A stretch of DNA of 64,000 nucleotides from Gemmatimonas sp. (GCA_031414535.1 JANNVQ010000041.1:1-64000); one strand, 5' to 3'; shown: positions 27,090 to 38,113, numbered from the stretch's first letter. Numbers and translations are program-made. The notes: generated from the letters alone by a model not told the origin.

Positions 27090-27372
27090 TTCATCGGCGC
27101 AGCTTGCGTTCGCCGAGCTTGAGGCACTTGTCCGCAACTTGGGTGAGGAGCTGTCGGCGTTCCGTAAGCGCGCGCACGCGGCGGAAGCGCGTCTGAAGGC
27201 TTTGGGGGCCACACCGGCGGGGGATGCCACCGCTGAGGAGCGACTCTCGACGCTGGAGGCGGAGAACGCCAAGCTCAGAGCGCGACTCGACGACGCCGCG
27301 GAAAAGACGCGCGCGATGCTCGACAAGGCGCGTTTTCTGCGTCAACAGCACGTCATCGGAGGTGATGTATGA
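27067..27372 (+). CDS. Small coiled-coil protein (ZapB-like by position)
   Basis: Coiled coil between pheT and zapA; GGAGAG SD before GTG 27067. Confidence 0.65.
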   Translation: MSNRVRLDSSAQLAFAELEALVRNLGEELSAFRKRAHAAEARLKALGATPAGDATAEERLSTLEAENAKLRARLDDAAEKTRAMLDKARFLRQQHVIGGDV

Positions 27373-27680
27373 CCCTGCATTCAACGCGCGTGCGCATTGT
27401 GGGCGAGGAGTACACGATTCGCTCCGAGGTGCCCGCTGAAGTGACGAAGGCCATCGCCGAGCACGTGGACGCGGCTATTCGAAAAGTGCTGGAGAATCCC
27501 GCCATCACAGATCCGGGAAAGGCGGCCATTCTCGCGGCGATGAGCATCACCGACGAGTTGTTTAAGGAGCGGGCCGGGCAAGAGGAGGTCTCGGAGCGCA
27601 TGCGCTCGCTCTCGGGCGAATTGCGCCGTTGGTTGCCACCGGCCAAGCGTGTGACGACATCCACGGACCTGCGCGTCTAG
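27369..27680 (+). CDS. zapA: Cell division protein ZapA
   Basis: V.I.G.EY.I, A.HVD, AILAAMSITDELF; pheT-zapA-rny context. Confidence 0.88.
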   Translation: MTLHSTRVRIVGEEYTIRSEVPAEVTKAIAEHVDAAIRKVLENPAITDPGKAAILAAMSITDELFKERAGQEEVSERMRSLSGELRRWLPPAKRVTTSTDLRV

Positions 27681-27735
27681 CAACGCGCCTCTGGCAACGC
27701 GCCTCTGGCGCCGCGCCTCTGGCGACGCGCGTCCG
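27680..27735. repeat. 14-bp tandem repeat (4 copies) between convergent zapA and kinase
   Basis: GCAACGCGCCTCTG x2, GCGCCGCGCCTCTG, GCGACGCGCGTCCG. Confidence 0.85.
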
Positions 27736-27736
27736 C

Positions 27737-30094
27737 TCAGTTGGACGGTGCGACTTCGAACAGTGCGGCCGTGAGTCGCGCCGCCGTGAACGGCTTCTGC
27801 ACAAAAATCACCGCGTCGAGCGACGTGACCTTGACGCTGAGTTCTTCGCTCGCGTAGCCAGAGCAGAGCACGGCGGGGACGTCGTCGCGAATGGCTCGCA
27901 TGGCGAGGAGCGCGTCCTGCCCACCGAGGTTCGGCATCGTCAGGTCCAACACCACGGCGCGCCATTTGCCTGGATCAGCCTGGAATACTTGGACTGCTTC
28001 CGCGCCATCGCGGCACTGTGTGACTATGAATCCCGCTCGCTCGAGTGACATGGCCGCGACCCGGCGCACGGCGGCTTCATCATCGGCCAGCAAAATGTGG
28101 CCATCGCCGCGAATCGCGCGCATGCTGCCGGGTGTCGGCGTAGGGCTCATGCGCGCGGTTCGTTCAATCGTCGGCAGATAGACGCAGACGGTCGTGCCTC
28201 GCCCCACTGTGCTACGAATGGCGATGCCACCTTTGTGGCTGCGAATGATGCCGAGCGTGGCAGCGAGCCCGAGCCCGTGGCCGGTGGACTTGGTGGTGAA
28301 GAAGGGGTCAAAGATGCGCGCGAGGGTGCTGTCATCCATGCCCGCGCCCGTGTCGGACACCTCCACGCAGGCGTAGCGCCCCGGGGCGAGCGTGGTACCG
28401 CCAACGACCGCGTGGCGCTCGGATTCGGCAGGCTCGCGCACACTCGTGCGTAGCGAGACCGTTCCGGGCGCATCGCCGAGCGCGTCGGACGCGTTGGTGA
28501 TCAAGTTCATCACCACTTGGCGGAGCTGCGTTGCGTCGGCCTCGACAGCCGGCAACTCCGGTGCGAGTTCCGACCGTAACGCGGCGTCCTTGCTCATCGC
28601 CGCGCGGAGCAACGCCGACATCTCGCCAACAAGTAGCGAGAGGTCCACGGGCTCCACGACGAAGCGCCCTCTGCCGGCGTAGGCAAGCAGTTGCCGCGTC
28701 AACTCGGCGGCACGCGTGGCCGCCGCGCGCACCTCGCCCACGAGGAACGCAGCGTCTGAATCCGGCGTCAGAATCTCTTCGGCAAGACTCGCATTGCCGA
28801 GCACGCCGACCAAGAGATTGTTGAAGTCGTGGGCAATGCCACCGGCAAGGAGCCCAAGACTCTCGAGCTTCTGGGCCTGCTGCATCTGCTCGCTGTGTCG
28901 TTCCTCGGCCGCTTCGGCGGCGCGAGTGGCCGTCACATCGGTACCGATGCCGACGATGCGTCCGTCGGGGAGCGGCACATTGTTCCACGAGATGGTGATC
29001 TCGTGTCCATCGCGAGTGCGCGCAGTCCAGTCGCGCCACTGGCTACCGCCCTCGGAGACCGCCGCCGCAACGCGCGCTCGGTAGTCGGGATCTGGGTACA
29101 TGAGCGAGAAGACATCCGTATGCTGCATCTCTTCGAGCGTCCAGCCGAGCAAGCGATGAAAGTGCGCGTTGATGTACTCGATGCGCCCAGACTGCCCGAG
29201 AATTGCGATGACAATAGCGATGTTGGAGAGCACGGAATCCAAGAGGGCCGCCTGCTGCCGGGTGGCTTGTGCTTGCGCGCGGCGTGCCGTGATGTCCGTG
29301 TGCGTTCCGACTATGCGTCGTGGCGAGCCGTCTGGGTTCCGGCCGACGACTTTGGCGCGATTAAGAATCCAACACCACGAGCCGTCTTTGCGCTGCATGC
29401 GCATCTCGAAATCAACCTGAGCGACCTCGCCGCGGACGTGAGCATCGAGATTGGCATACGCAAGCGGCACGTCATCCGGGTGCGACAATGTTTCCCAAGT
29501 GCTGATGTGCGGCACAAGTTCGCCGGGCTCGTACCCCAGCATGCGCGACCAGTTGTTGTTGACGCTGAGCTCGCCCGTGGCGAAGTCCCAATCCCAGAGT
29601 CCATCGTTCGTCGCCTCCATGGCGAAGTTCAGGCGCTCTTCGCTCGCTCGCAGCGCGTCCAGTGCGCCGTGTAGCGCGGTGTGGTCCGCCACCTCAGTCA
29701 TCAGGAGACTTGGCCTACCGTCTGCCGTGCGTTCGAGCACGCTGACGGAGACGCGCGCAAAGACCACCGAGCCGTCCTCGCGCAGGTAGCGCTTCTGCAC
29801 GCCCACTTGCGTGGTGTCTGGGGCGAACAAGCGATCGAGAAAGCTCGTGTCGCGCACCCGATCATCAGGATGCGTGACCTCGAGAAAAGAGCGGCCAGGG
29901 AACCACGAGGTCTCGCGGCCGAGCAACGCGGCATAGGCCGCGTTTACGCGCCCATAGACTCCGAGCGCCGTCATCAGGGCCGTTGGCGTGACGGCGAGCT
30001 CAAACCCCAACTCCAGGGCGTGAGCGAGGCCCGACGTCGCGCCTTCGGGCGCGAGGGCCGCAGTGACCGCCGGGGACTCCGATGTTGAGCTCAC
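27737..30094 (-). CDS. Cytoplasmic multi-PAS hybrid sensor histidine kinase (CckA-like architecture)
   Basis: Three PAS/PAC repeats, AGGIAHDFNNLL, NLITNA, DTGAGM, FDPFFTTK, GLGL, C-terminal receiver (DDE, DLTMP, KPF); start uncertain. Confidence 0.92.
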   Translation of the reverse strand: MSSTSESPAVTAALAPEGATSGLAHALELGFELAVTPTALMTALGVYGRVNAAYAALLGRETSWFPGRSFLEVTHPDDRVRDTSFLDRLFAPDTTQVGVQKRYLREDGSVVFARVSVSVLERTADGRPSLLMTEVADHTALHGALDALRASEERLNFAMEATNDGLWDWDFATGELSVNNNWSRMLGYEPGELVPHISTWETLSHPDDVPLAYANLDAHVRGEVAQVDFEMRMQRKDGSWCWILNRAKVVGRNPDGSPRRIVGTHTDITARRAQAQATRQQAALLDSVLSNIAIVIAILGQSGRIEYINAHFHRLLGWTLEEMQHTDVFSLMYPDPDYRARVAAAVSEGGSQWRDWTARTRDGHEITISWNNVPLPDGRIVGIGTDVTATRAAEAAEERHSEQMQQAQKLESLGLLAGGIAHDFNNLLVGVLGNASLAEEILTPDSDAAFLVGEVRAAATRAAELTRQLLAYAGRGRFVVEPVDLSLLVGEMSALLRAAMSKDAALRSELAPELPAVEADATQLRQVVMNLITNASDALGDAPGTVSLRTSVREPAESERHAVVGGTTLAPGRYACVEVSDTGAGMDDSTLARIFDPFFTTKSTGHGLGLAATLGIIRSHKGGIAIRSTVGRGTTVCVYLPTIERTARMSPTPTPGSMRAIRGDGHILLADDEAAVRRVAAMSLERAGFIVTQCRDGAEAVQVFQADPGKWRAVVLDLTMPNLGGQDALLAMRAIRDDVPAVLCSGYASEELSVKVTSLDAVIFVQKPFTAARLTAALFEVAPSN

Positions 30095-30194
30095 TGGCCT
30101 TGAAGAGTAGGGAAAACGGCACGGGCCGCAAGCTTCACCCGTCACGTTTGCGGCCCGGGTACCGGGCCTCGCCTCTCGTAAGTATCGAGTCTCG

Positions 30195-30223
30195 TTGCTA
30201 TTTCTTCGAGCCATCCGTAGCTT
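30195..30223 (+). promoter_or_regulatory. Sigma70-type promoter of ssrS-rny
   Basis: TTGCTA-17 nt-TAGCTT. Confidence 0.6.
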
Positions 30224-30229
30224 GAAAGC

Positions 30230-30405
30230 AGAGTGGGTGCGAAAGCTCGTAGGTGCAAGTCCTTTCTGTAGTTAGCCCGTCCCAATCCGCGCCCTTCGCC
30301 GGCGCCGATTCGGTCGGTCCGGCCTCAGGAATTGGACCGGCATCACGCGAGCCGAGAGTGCCCTCCCTCCGGACGCGGCCGCAAACAGGGTCGCCTTTCG
30401 CATAC
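30230..30405 (+). ncRNA. ssrS: Probable 6S RNA
   Basis: About 175 nt downstream of a promoter. Ends pair (GTGCGAAAG 30237-30245 with CTTTCGCAT 30395-30403), there is an apical hairpin (CGGTCC...GGACCG), and zapA-ssrS-rny is an established neighbourhood. Confidence 0.65.
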
Positions 30406-30415
30406 GAGAAAACTG

Positions 30416-32005
30416 ATGATTGTGCCGTTGATCGTGACCATCGCCCTCGGCGTGTTGGTTGCCGTGGGGACGCCAATTGCGTGGGTGCTTGGAAAGAAGT
30501 CAGGGCGTGCCGCCGAGGACGCCGCCCGCCGGGCCGCTGGAGATGCAGCGGACCAGATCGCCAAGAAAATTGTTGGAGACGCGGAGCGCGAGGCCGACGC
30601 CTCGCGCAAGCAGGCCGTCCTCTCCGGTAAGGAAGAGGTGATGAAGGTGCGCGAGGCTTGGGAGCAAGAGGCCCGGAAGCGTCGCGAAGAAGTGGTGAAG
30701 GAGGAAAAACGCGTCGGTGAGCGCGAGCAGCAGGCCGACAAAAAGTTCGAGATGGTGGACGGCAAGGAGAAGGAAGTCGCCCGCCGCGCCTCAGAATTGG
30801 GCCGCCGCGAGAAGCAGCTCGAGGAAAAGCAGACCGAACTGGACCAACTCGTGGGTGAGGAACGGCGTCGGCTGGAGCAGCTCGCCGGCCTTTCGGCCAG
30901 CGACGCGAAGGCCGAGCTCATTCGTCGCCTTGAGGAAGAGGCCCTCGCTGACGCCGGCAGTCGCCTCCGCGAGATTCGCGAAAGTGCCAAGCGCAACGCC
31001 GACCGCGAAGCCAAGAAGATCGTGGCGCTCGCGGTGCAACGCATTGCCGCTGAGCACACGGCGGAGATCACGGCCAGTGCCGTGGCCCTGCCAAAGGACG
31101 ACATGAAGGGCCGCATCATCGGCCGCGAAGGGCGCAACATTCGCGCCTTTGAGCTGGCCACCGGGGTGGACGTCATCATTGATGACACTCCGGACACGGT
31201 CGTGGTCTCCTGCTTTGATCCGGTGCGTCGCGAAGTGGCGCGCTTGGCGCTCGAGAAGCTCGTGGCCGATGGCCGCATCCATCCGGGGCGCATTGAGGAA
31301 GTGGTCGAGAAGTCCAAGAAGGAAGTGGACGCCGGCATCATTGAGACGGGCGAGCAGGCCGCTTACGAAGTGGGAGTGCACGGCCTACATCCTGAGCTCA
31401 TCAAGCTCATTGGCCGTATGAAGTGGCGCACGAGCTATGGGCAGAACATTCTCGGGCATAGCAAGGAAGTGGCGTTTCTCGCGGGCATGATGGCCGCCGA
31501 GCTCGGGCTCGACGTCGCGATGGCCAAGCGCGGCGCGCTGCTGCACGACATCGGCAAGGTGCTCACGCACGAGCACGAGGGCACGCACGTGCAGTTGGGC
31601 GTGGAGGTCGCGACCAAGTACGGCGAGAACCCGATGGTCATCAACTGCATCGCGGCGCATCACGACGACGTCCCGCACGAGAGCGAGGTGTCGGTACTGG
31701 TGCAGGCGGCCGATGCCATCAGCGGCTCGCGCCCGGGTGCGCGTCGCGAGGCGTTTGAAACCTACGTCAAGCGCTTGGAAGGCCTCGAGAAGATCGCCGC
31801 GAGCTACAAGGGCGTGGATCGCGTGTTCGCGATTCAGGCTGGCCGCGAAATCCGCGTGATTGTGGATCCGGACAACGTCGATGATGCTCGCATGGATTCG
31901 CTCACTGAGGAGATCGCCCGCCGAGTAGAGTCGGAGTTGCAGTATCCCGGACAGATCAAGGTCGTGGCGATCCGCGAGAAGAGGAGCACCAATATTGCCC
32001 GCTGA
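30416..32005 (+). CDS. rny: Ribonuclease Y
   Basis: N-terminal TM helix, coiled coil, KH ([13 protein letters not shown]), HD (LLHDIGK), SRPGAR. Confidence 0.98.
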   Translation: MIVPLIVTIALGVLVAVGTPIAWVLGKKSGRAAEDAARRAAGDAADQIAKKIVGDAEREADASRKQAVLSGKEEVMKVREAWEQEARKRREEVVKEEKRVGEREQQADKKFEMVDGKEKEVARRASELGRREKQLEEKQTELDQLVGEERRRLEQLAGLSASDAKAELIRRLEEEALADAGSRLREIRESAKRNADREAKKIVALAVQRIAAEHTAEITASAVALPKDDMKGRIIGREGRNIRAFELATGVDVIIDDTPDTVVVSCFDPVRREVARLALEKLVADGRIHPGRIEEVVEKSKKEVDAGIIETGEQAAYEVGVHGLHPELIKLIGRMKWRTSYGQNILGHSKEVAFLAGMMAAELGLDVAMAKRGALLHDIGKVLTHEHEGTHVQLGVEVATKYGENPMVINCIAAHHDDVPHESEVSVLVQAADAISGSRPGARREAFETYVKRLEGLEKIAASYKGVDRVFAIQAGREIRVIVDPDNVDDARMDSLTEEIARRVESELQYPGQIKVVAIREKRSTNIAR

Positions 32006-32891
32006 GCGGATTGATGGCGTTGCCATCGCGGCCAAGGTGCGCGCCGAGGTTGCGACGCACGCCGCGGCGCTGAAGGCCGCGGGTGTGACGCCCGGTCTTA
32101 CGGTGGTACTGGTGGGCGAAGACCCGGCGAGCACCTTCTACGTGGGCGCCAAGGAGAAGGCCTGCAAAGAAGCAGGCATGCATGGCGTCACGGTTCGGTT
32201 GCCGGCGACGACGCCAGAGGCTGAGCTGCTCGCGGTGATTGATAACCTGAACGCCGACCCATCGGTGCACGGAATTCTCGTGCAGATGCCCGTGCCAAAG
32301 CACATGGATCCGCAAAAGGTGATTCGCCGCATCAATCCCATGAAAGACGTGGATGGTTTTCATCCCATCAATGCGGGCAAGGTGCTGATTGGCGACGCTG
32401 ATGGCTTTGCGCCCTGCACTCCGGCGGGCGTCCAGGTGATGTTGATGGAGAGTGGCGTCGAGACCAGCGGCAAGGAAGCCGTGATTCTTGGACGCAGCAC
32501 GATTGTCGGCAAGCCGATGGCGGCGCTACTCATGCAGAGTGGGAAGGGCGCGGATTGCACGGTGACCATCTGCCACTCGCGCACCAAGAATCTCGCTGAG
32601 CACACTCGGCGTGCAGACATTCTCATTGCGGCGATCGGCAAGGCCGAGATGGTGACGGCCGATATGGTGAAGCCGGGCGCCGTGGTGATTGACGTCGGCA
32701 TCAACCGCGTGGACGATCCGACGGCCAAGAAAGGGTACCGCATCGTAGGCGACGTGAAGTTCGACGAAGTGTCGCAGGTCGCGTCGAAGATCACGCCGGT
32801 GCCTGGTGGCGTGGGCCCGATGACCATCGCCATGCTGTTGGCCAACACGGTGCGCGCAGCCAAGCTCACGCTCGTGAGCTCACGCTCGTGA
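31995..32891 (+). CDS. folD: Methylene-THF dehydrogenase/cyclohydrolase
   Basis: [32 protein letters not shown]. Confidence 0.98.
   Translation: MPAERIDGVAIAAKVRAEVATHAAALKAAGVTPGLTVVLVGEDPASTFYVGAKEKACKEAGMHGVTVRLPATTPEAELLAVIDNLNADPSVHGILVQMPVPKHMDPQKVIRRINPMKDVDGFHPINAGKVLIGDADGFAPCTPAGVQVMLMESGVETSGKEAVILGRSTIVGKPMAALLMQSGKGADCTVTICHSRTKNLAEHTRRADILIAAIGKAEMVTADMVKPGAVVIDVGINRVDDPTAKKGYRIVGDVKFDEVSQVASKITPVPGGVGPMTIAMLLANTVRAAKLTLVSSRS
32864..32891 (+). repeat. 14-bp tandem duplication ending at the folD stop
   Basis: GCTCACGCTCGTGA x2. Confidence 0.8.
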
Positions 32892-32904
32892 GCACGCGCT
32901 GACC

Positions 32905-34173
32905 GTGACGCATCCGGGCTCGACCGCCGCCGAGGCAATTTCCGTACTCGATTTAGCGAGCGCGGCGAAGGATTTGCTTGAAGGTGGCATCCCCAAGCTC
33001 TGGGTGCGTGGCGAAGTCTCGGGTGTGAAGATTTATCCGAGCGGTCATTGGTACTTCACCATCAAGGACGCATCGGCGGCAATCTCAGCGGTGGTGTGGA
33101 AAGGCGCGACCTTCAAGATTCCCGCCAAGCCGCAGGAAGGCGATCAGGTGATGGCCTTCGGCCAGCTCACCGTGTATCCCGCGCGCGGCAGCATGCAGTT
33201 CACGGTCACGCAGATGCTGGCGGACGGAGAAGGTCTGTGGCAGCGGCAGTTTGACGAGACGAGGCGCAAGCTCGAAGCGGAAGGCCTGCTCGACTCCGCC
33301 CGTAAGCGTGCCTTGCCACGCGTTCCGCGCACGGTCGCGGTCATCACCAGCAGCGAGGGCGCGGCACTCCGCGATGTGATCGCGGTGATTCAGCGGCGCC
33401 ACGCCGGCGTCAACGTGATGGTGATCCCGGCGCTGGTGCAGGGCGAAGGGGCGCCAGATTCAATCTGCGCGGCTCTGGAGAGACTTTCCCGTTGGGTGGA
33501 GAGCGGTCGCGCGGCGGGCGGTGTTCCGGTTCCCGACGTGCTCATCATCGGGCGCGGCGGCGGGTCGCGCGAGGACCTCTGGGCGTTTAACCACGAGAGC
33601 GTGGCGCGGGCGATTGCCGCATGCCGCATTCCGACAATTTCCGCTGTCGGTCACGAAACGGACGTGACCATCGCGGACCTCGTGGCCGATTTGCGCGCCG
33701 CGACGCCGAGTGTCGCGGCCGAACACGCGGTGCCCATGCTCGATGAACTCCGGGAGACGGTGGGCAAGCTGGCCGGCATCATGGCCGACGGCCTGCAGGA
33801 CCGCATTGAAGTTGGCCGTCGGGATGTGCAGCGTCGCGCCGAGGGTCTCTCGCAGCGCGCGCAGTTGGTCAGCGAACGGCGCCGCGCGCGCACGGAGCGC
33901 ATTGCGCAGCGCCTGGTGCAGTTGGCACCGCGGGCGGTGGAGCGGCGCCGGGCGATTGTGGCGCGGCTCGGTGCCTCGCTTGAGGCGAAGTCGCCGTTGC
34001 AGGTCTTCGCCCGCGGCTTCTCGGTGGCCCGCAGCGAGGCCGGTGCAACCCTGAGCACGCTATCGGCGTTTGCCCAAGGGCAGCATTTTGAACTATTGGT
34101 GAAGGACGGTCGCGTTCGCGCGACCACTGACTCGGTGCACGCCGATGCCCCCCATCTGCGGAAGGATGCATGA
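32905..34173 (+). CDS. xseA: Exodeoxyribonuclease VII large subunit
   Basis: WVRGEVS, SGHWYFTIKD, RGGGS.EDLWAFN, SAVGHETD, ATPS. Confidence 0.97.
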   Translation: MTHPGSTAAEAISVLDLASAAKDLLEGGIPKLWVRGEVSGVKIYPSGHWYFTIKDASAAISAVVWKGATFKIPAKPQEGDQVMAFGQLTVYPARGSMQFTVTQMLADGEGLWQRQFDETRRKLEAEGLLDSARKRALPRVPRTVAVITSSEGAALRDVIAVIQRRHAGVNVMVIPALVQGEGAPDSICAALERLSRWVESGRAAGGVPVPDVLIIGRGGGSREDLWAFNHESVARAIAACRIPTISAVGHETDVTIADLVADLRAATPSVAAEHAVPMLDELRETVGKLAGIMADGLQDRIEVGRRDVQRRAEGLSQRAQLVSERRRARTERIAQRLVQLAPRAVERRRAIVARLGASLEAKSPLQVFARGFSVARSEAGATLSTLSAFAQGQHFELLVKDGRVRATTDSVHADAPHLRKDA

Positions 34174-34373
34174 CCTTTGAACAATCTCTCGCGCGCTTGG
34201 AACAGATTGCCACGGCGCTCGACCGCGACGACATCCCACTCGAAGACGCGCTCAAACTCTTTGAAGAGGGCATCACGCGCCTGCGCGAGGCCTCAGCCGC
34301 TCTCGCCGACGCCGAGGGCAAGGTGAAGACTTTGCTCGAGCAGGCCGACGGTGTGTTTGGAGCTAAGGAATGA
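34170..34373 (+). CDS. xseB: Exodeoxyribonuclease VII small subunit
   Basis: FE..LARLEQI...L, PLEDALKLFEEG. Confidence 0.95.
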   Translation: MTFEQSLARLEQIATALDRDDIPLEDALKLFEEGITRLREASAALADAEGKVKTLLEQADGVFGAKE

Positions 34374-35272
34374 CAGGTACAGGTGTCACGCCGATTGACT
34401 TCACCAAGGACCGCGCCGCAGTGTCGCGGGCCTTGGATGCGCTCACGGTGCGATACCTCGCCCAGCACAATGGGGCGGTTGCCAACTCCATCCGCTATGC
34501 CTTGCAGGGCGAAGGAAAGCGCCTGCGCGCGGTGCTGGTGATGTCGGCCCACCGTGCGGCGGGCGGGACGTTGGACGTCTCGGGATTGGCGGCGGCCGTG
34601 GAAGTGGTGCACGCCTATTCGCTGGTGCACGACGATTTGCCCTGCATGGACGACGATGACATGCGTCGCGGTCGTCCGACGGTTCATAAGGTGTTTGGTG
34701 TGCCCGCGGCCACCGCAGCCGGTATGGCGATGGTGCCCTTGGCAGCGCGAGCCGCCATGGAGTCGGCGATGGACATCGGACTCACGCCCGAAGCCGGTGG
34801 CGAGGTTGTGCGTGTGCTCATGCGGGCGTCCGGCGCCAGCGGCATGATTGGCGGGCAGCTGCTGGATCTCGAGGGCGAAGGGTCCGAGCTGGACCTCGCG
34901 CAGTTGGAGCGCGTCCATCGGTGCAAGACGGGCGCCTTGATTGAGGCGGCGATGACCATCGGCGGTGTGGCGGCGGGTGCGCCTCCGGCTCTGCTTCAGG
35001 CTTTTGCTTCGTACGGCGCGGCGGTTGGCTTGGCGTTTCAGATCGCCGACGACGTATTGGATATCACCGCCACCACGGACCAGCTGGGCAAGACGGCCGG
35101 CAAGGACCTGGCGTTCAAGAAGAGCACCTACCCGGCCTTGTTGGGCATCGCGGGAGCGAAGGCCCGCGCCGAGGCGTTAGTACAGGACGCATGTAAGGGT
35201 TTACAGGAGCACGGCGCCCTGACGCCCGAGTTAGAGTTTCTCGCACGATTCATCGTGGCACGGCGCTCGTAG
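34370..35272 (+). CDS. ispA: Polyprenyl (farnesyl) diphosphate synthase
   Basis: GKRLR, HDDLPCMDDDDMRRG, GQ..D, KTG, FQIADD. Confidence 0.95.
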   Translation: MTGTGVTPIDFTKDRAAVSRALDALTVRYLAQHNGAVANSIRYALQGEGKRLRAVLVMSAHRAAGGTLDVSGLAAAVEVVHAYSLVHDDLPCMDDDDMRRGRPTVHKVFGVPAATAAGMAMVPLAARAAMESAMDIGLTPEAGGEVVRVLMRASGASGMIGGQLLDLEGEGSELDLAQLERVHRCKTGALIEAAMTIGGVAAGAPPALLQAFASYGAAVGLAFQIADDVLDITATTDQLGKTAGKDLAFKKSTYPALLGIAGAKARAEALVQDACKGLQEHGALTPELEFLARFIVARRS

Positions 35273-35347
35273 GGCGTCAGGCGGCACTGGCGCCACGAAC
35301 CCCGCTTTAGGCAAGCTACGTATCTCTCTCCTCGATTTCCGCTGCAT

Positions 35348-37243
35348 ATGAGCAAAAACCTCCTCGACCGCGTGCAGGACCCCGCCGACCTCAGGCGGAT
35401 GAGCTCTGCGGAACTCACGACCCTTGCGCAGGAAGTCCGCGAGTTCCTCATCGCGTCCTGCTCCGTCACGGGCGGTCACATCGGCGCCGGCCTCGGCGTC
35501 GTGGAACTCACCATCGCGCTGCATACGGCCTTCCACACGCCGAGCGACAAGCTGGTGTGGGATGTCGGACACCAGGGTTATCCGCACAAGGTGCTCACCG
35601 GCCGCAAGGACCGCATGCACACGCTGCGTCAGGAGGGCGGGCTGTCGGGCTTCTTGAAGCGCACGGAGAGCGAGTACGACACGTTCGGCGCTGGCCACGC
35701 GGCGACGTCTATTTCCGCTGCGCTGGGCATGGCCGCCGCGCGAGACATCGTCGGTGGCGACAACAAGGTCGTGGCCATCATCGGTGACGGCTCGCTCGGC
35801 TCTGGCCTCGCGTACGAAGCGCTGAACAACGCGGGCCATTCGGACCGCGACTTCATCGTGGTGCTGAACGACAACGAAATGTCCATCGCGCCGAACGTCG
35901 GGGCCATGCACAAGTATCTCACGGGTGTGCAGCGGAATCCGATTTACAATCGCCTGCGTAGCAAGATCGGTGAGATTGTGGATCAGGCGCCGGGGCCGTT
36001 CAAGGACGCCGGTGCGCTGCTGCGCCGCTGGGAAGAGTCGGTGAAGGCCTTCTTAACGCCAGGCGTGCTCTTCGAGGAATTGGGGTTTCGCTACTTTGGC
36101 CCCATCGACGGCCACGACATCCCGCAGCTGATCGAGACTTTTAAGGCGGTGCGCGAGTTCAAGGGCCCGCGCCTCGTCCACGTCATCACCACCAAGGGGA
36201 AGGGCTTCCCGGCAGGGGAGCACGGCGAGAAGTGGCATGCGCTCCCGCCCGGTCACGATCCCCAGACGGGCAAGCAGCTGAAGGCTGCAACGGGCAATCC
36301 CAACTACACCGCCGTCTACGGCAAGGCGCTGGCGGAGTTGATGGAAGAGTACCCCAAGGTCGTCGCCATCACGGCCGCCATGCCGGGCGGCACGGGCACG
36401 GCCGTGGTCGCCAAGGCGCATCCGACGCGCTTCTTTGACGTGGGCATCGCGGAAGGACATGGCGTGACCTTCGCAGCGGGCCTGGCCACCGAGGGCATCA
36501 AGCCCGTGGTGACCATCTACTCCACGTTCCTGCAGCGCGGCTACGACAACATCGTGCACGACGTGGCCATCCAGTCGCTGCCGGTGATGTTCGCAATGGA
36601 TCGCGCCGGTCTGGTTGGAGAAGATGGTGAGACGCACGCGGGGCTCTACGACATTGCGTACATGCTCGCGGTCCCTCATATGGTCGTCACGGCGCCGAAG
36701 GACGGCGCGGAACTTGTGGGCTTGCTGCGCAGCGGCATCGCACACAACGGACCGTTCTGCATTCGCTATCCGCGCGACGTAGCACCGGACCTGGTGCCGC
36801 CGGCCAAGGACATTCCCGGTGTGCCGCACGGCACGTGGGAAGTGCTGCGCAAGGGCGAGGAGGTGGCCATCCTCGCGGTTGGTACCATGGTGCAGGAGTC
36901 CCTGAAGGCCGCCGAGAGCCTGGCGGACGAAGGACTCCCGGTGACGGTGGTGAACTGTCGCTATCTCAAGCCGTATGATGCGACGACGCTCACGGCGCTG
37001 CTCGCCACGCACCAGCAGTTGCTGGTGGTGGAGGAGGGCACCGTCGTGAACGGCTTCGGGGCTTACATGGCGTCCGTGGTCAGTGCGATGGATCCGAGCG
37101 TGCGCGTCCATGCGCACGGCGTCCCCGATCGCATCATCTACGCGGCCTCGCGTCCCAAGCAACTCGCGCAGGTAGGACTCGACGCGGCGGGAATCGCCGC
37201 TCGCGTGCGCGCCATGCACGAGACGGGAGCGTTAGCGGGGTGA
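35348..37243 (+). CDS. dxs: 1-deoxy-D-xylulose-5-phosphate synthase
   Basis: GGHIG, WDVGHQ.YPHK.LTGR, GDG, LNDNEMSI, DVGIAE, DRAG. Confidence 0.98.
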   Translation: MSKNLLDRVQDPADLRRMSSAELTTLAQEVREFLIASCSVTGGHIGAGLGVVELTIALHTAFHTPSDKLVWDVGHQGYPHKVLTGRKDRMHTLRQEGGLSGFLKRTESEYDTFGAGHAATSISAALGMAAARDIVGGDNKVVAIIGDGSLGSGLAYEALNNAGHSDRDFIVVLNDNEMSIAPNVGAMHKYLTGVQRNPIYNRLRSKIGEIVDQAPGPFKDAGALLRRWEESVKAFLTPGVLFEELGFRYFGPIDGHDIPQLIETFKAVREFKGPRLVHVITTKGKGFPAGEHGEKWHALPPGHDPQTGKQLKAATGNPNYTAVYGKALAELMEEYPKVVAITAAMPGGTGTAVVAKAHPTRFFDVGIAEGHGVTFAAGLATEGIKPVVTIYSTFLQRGYDNIVHDVAIQSLPVMFAMDRAGLVGEDGETHAGLYDIAYMLAVPHMVVTAPKDGAELVGLLRSGIAHNGPFCIRYPRDVAPDLVPPAKDIPGVPHGTWEVLRKGEEVAILAVGTMVQESLKAAESLADEGLPVTVVNCRYLKPYDATTLTALLATHQQLLVVEEGTVVNGFGAYMASVVSAMDPSVRVHAHGVPDRIIYAASRPKQLAQVGLDAAGIAARVRAMHETGALAG

Positions 37244-38106
37244 GCAAGCGACTCGGCATCGTCGGGCATCAGGAGTACGAGGGACTCGAATACATCCTCG
37301 GGTTCCTCGCCCGCGAGGCGCCGGCGCTGGGTTACACCTTGGCTTACGAAGCGGAGTTGGAGCGGCACGCGCCGAAGGGCGCCCGGCTCGGACATCCCAG
37401 TCAGATTGACACGCTCATCACGCTTGGTGGTGACGGCACGCTCATTCGTGGTGCGCGGTTTCTCGGCGGCGCTGACGTGCCGATCTTCGGCGTGAACCTC
37501 GGGAAGCTTGGCTTTCTCACGACGTGCCAAGGCGAAGAGTTTGCGGCGGCCTTCGCGCGTTTCGTGCGCGGTGAGCATAGCGTGCAGCGACGCATGGCGC
37601 TCGAAGCCCGCACGTGGACGCCCACCGGCGAGCTCGGCATTCAGATTCGTGCACTCAATGACGTCGTCGTGCATAAGGGTGGATACGCACGAGTCCTGCG
37701 CATGCGGCTCTCCGCCGATGGACAGCCGATTGCGAAGCTTGCCGCCGACGGCATTGTGATCGCGACGCCCACCGGCTCGACGGCCTACTCGCTCTCCGCT
37801 GGTGGCCCCGTGGTGGTGCCCTCGCTTGAGGGGCTGATCATGACGCCTGTCGCGGCGCACACGCTGGCAATTCGCCCGACGATCTTTCCGCCGGACGTCA
37901 CCTTGCAAGTCTCCTTGGACGACGAGCAAGACGAAGTGCTGCTGACGGCGGACGGACAAGTTGGCATCGCCATTCCGCCGGGGCACAAGCTGACGGTGAC
38001 GCGTAGTCGGCATCCGGTGCAACTTGTGCGGTTTGAGGACGTCACGTTCTTCACGCGACTGCGCAACAAGTTGGGCTGGGGCGGTAACCCTGTGCGAGAC
38101 GGGTGA
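37240..38106 (+). CDS. nadK: NAD kinase
   Basis: GGDGT, GKLGFL, ALND, ADG...ATPTGSTAYSLSAGGP. Confidence 0.96.
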   Translation: MSKRLGIVGHQEYEGLEYILGFLAREAPALGYTLAYEAELERHAPKGARLGHPSQIDTLITLGGDGTLIRGARFLGGADVPIFGVNLGKLGFLTTCQGEEFAAAFARFVRGEHSVQRRMALEARTWTPTGELGIQIRALNDVVVHKGGYARVLRMRLSADGQPIAKLAADGIVIATPTGSTAYSLSAGGPVVVPSLEGLIMTPVAAHTLAIRPTIFPPDVTLQVSLDDEQDEVLLTADGQVGIAIPPGHKLTVTRSRHPVQLVRFEDVTFFTRLRNKLGWGGNPVRDG

Positions 38107-38113
38107 ACGGCGG

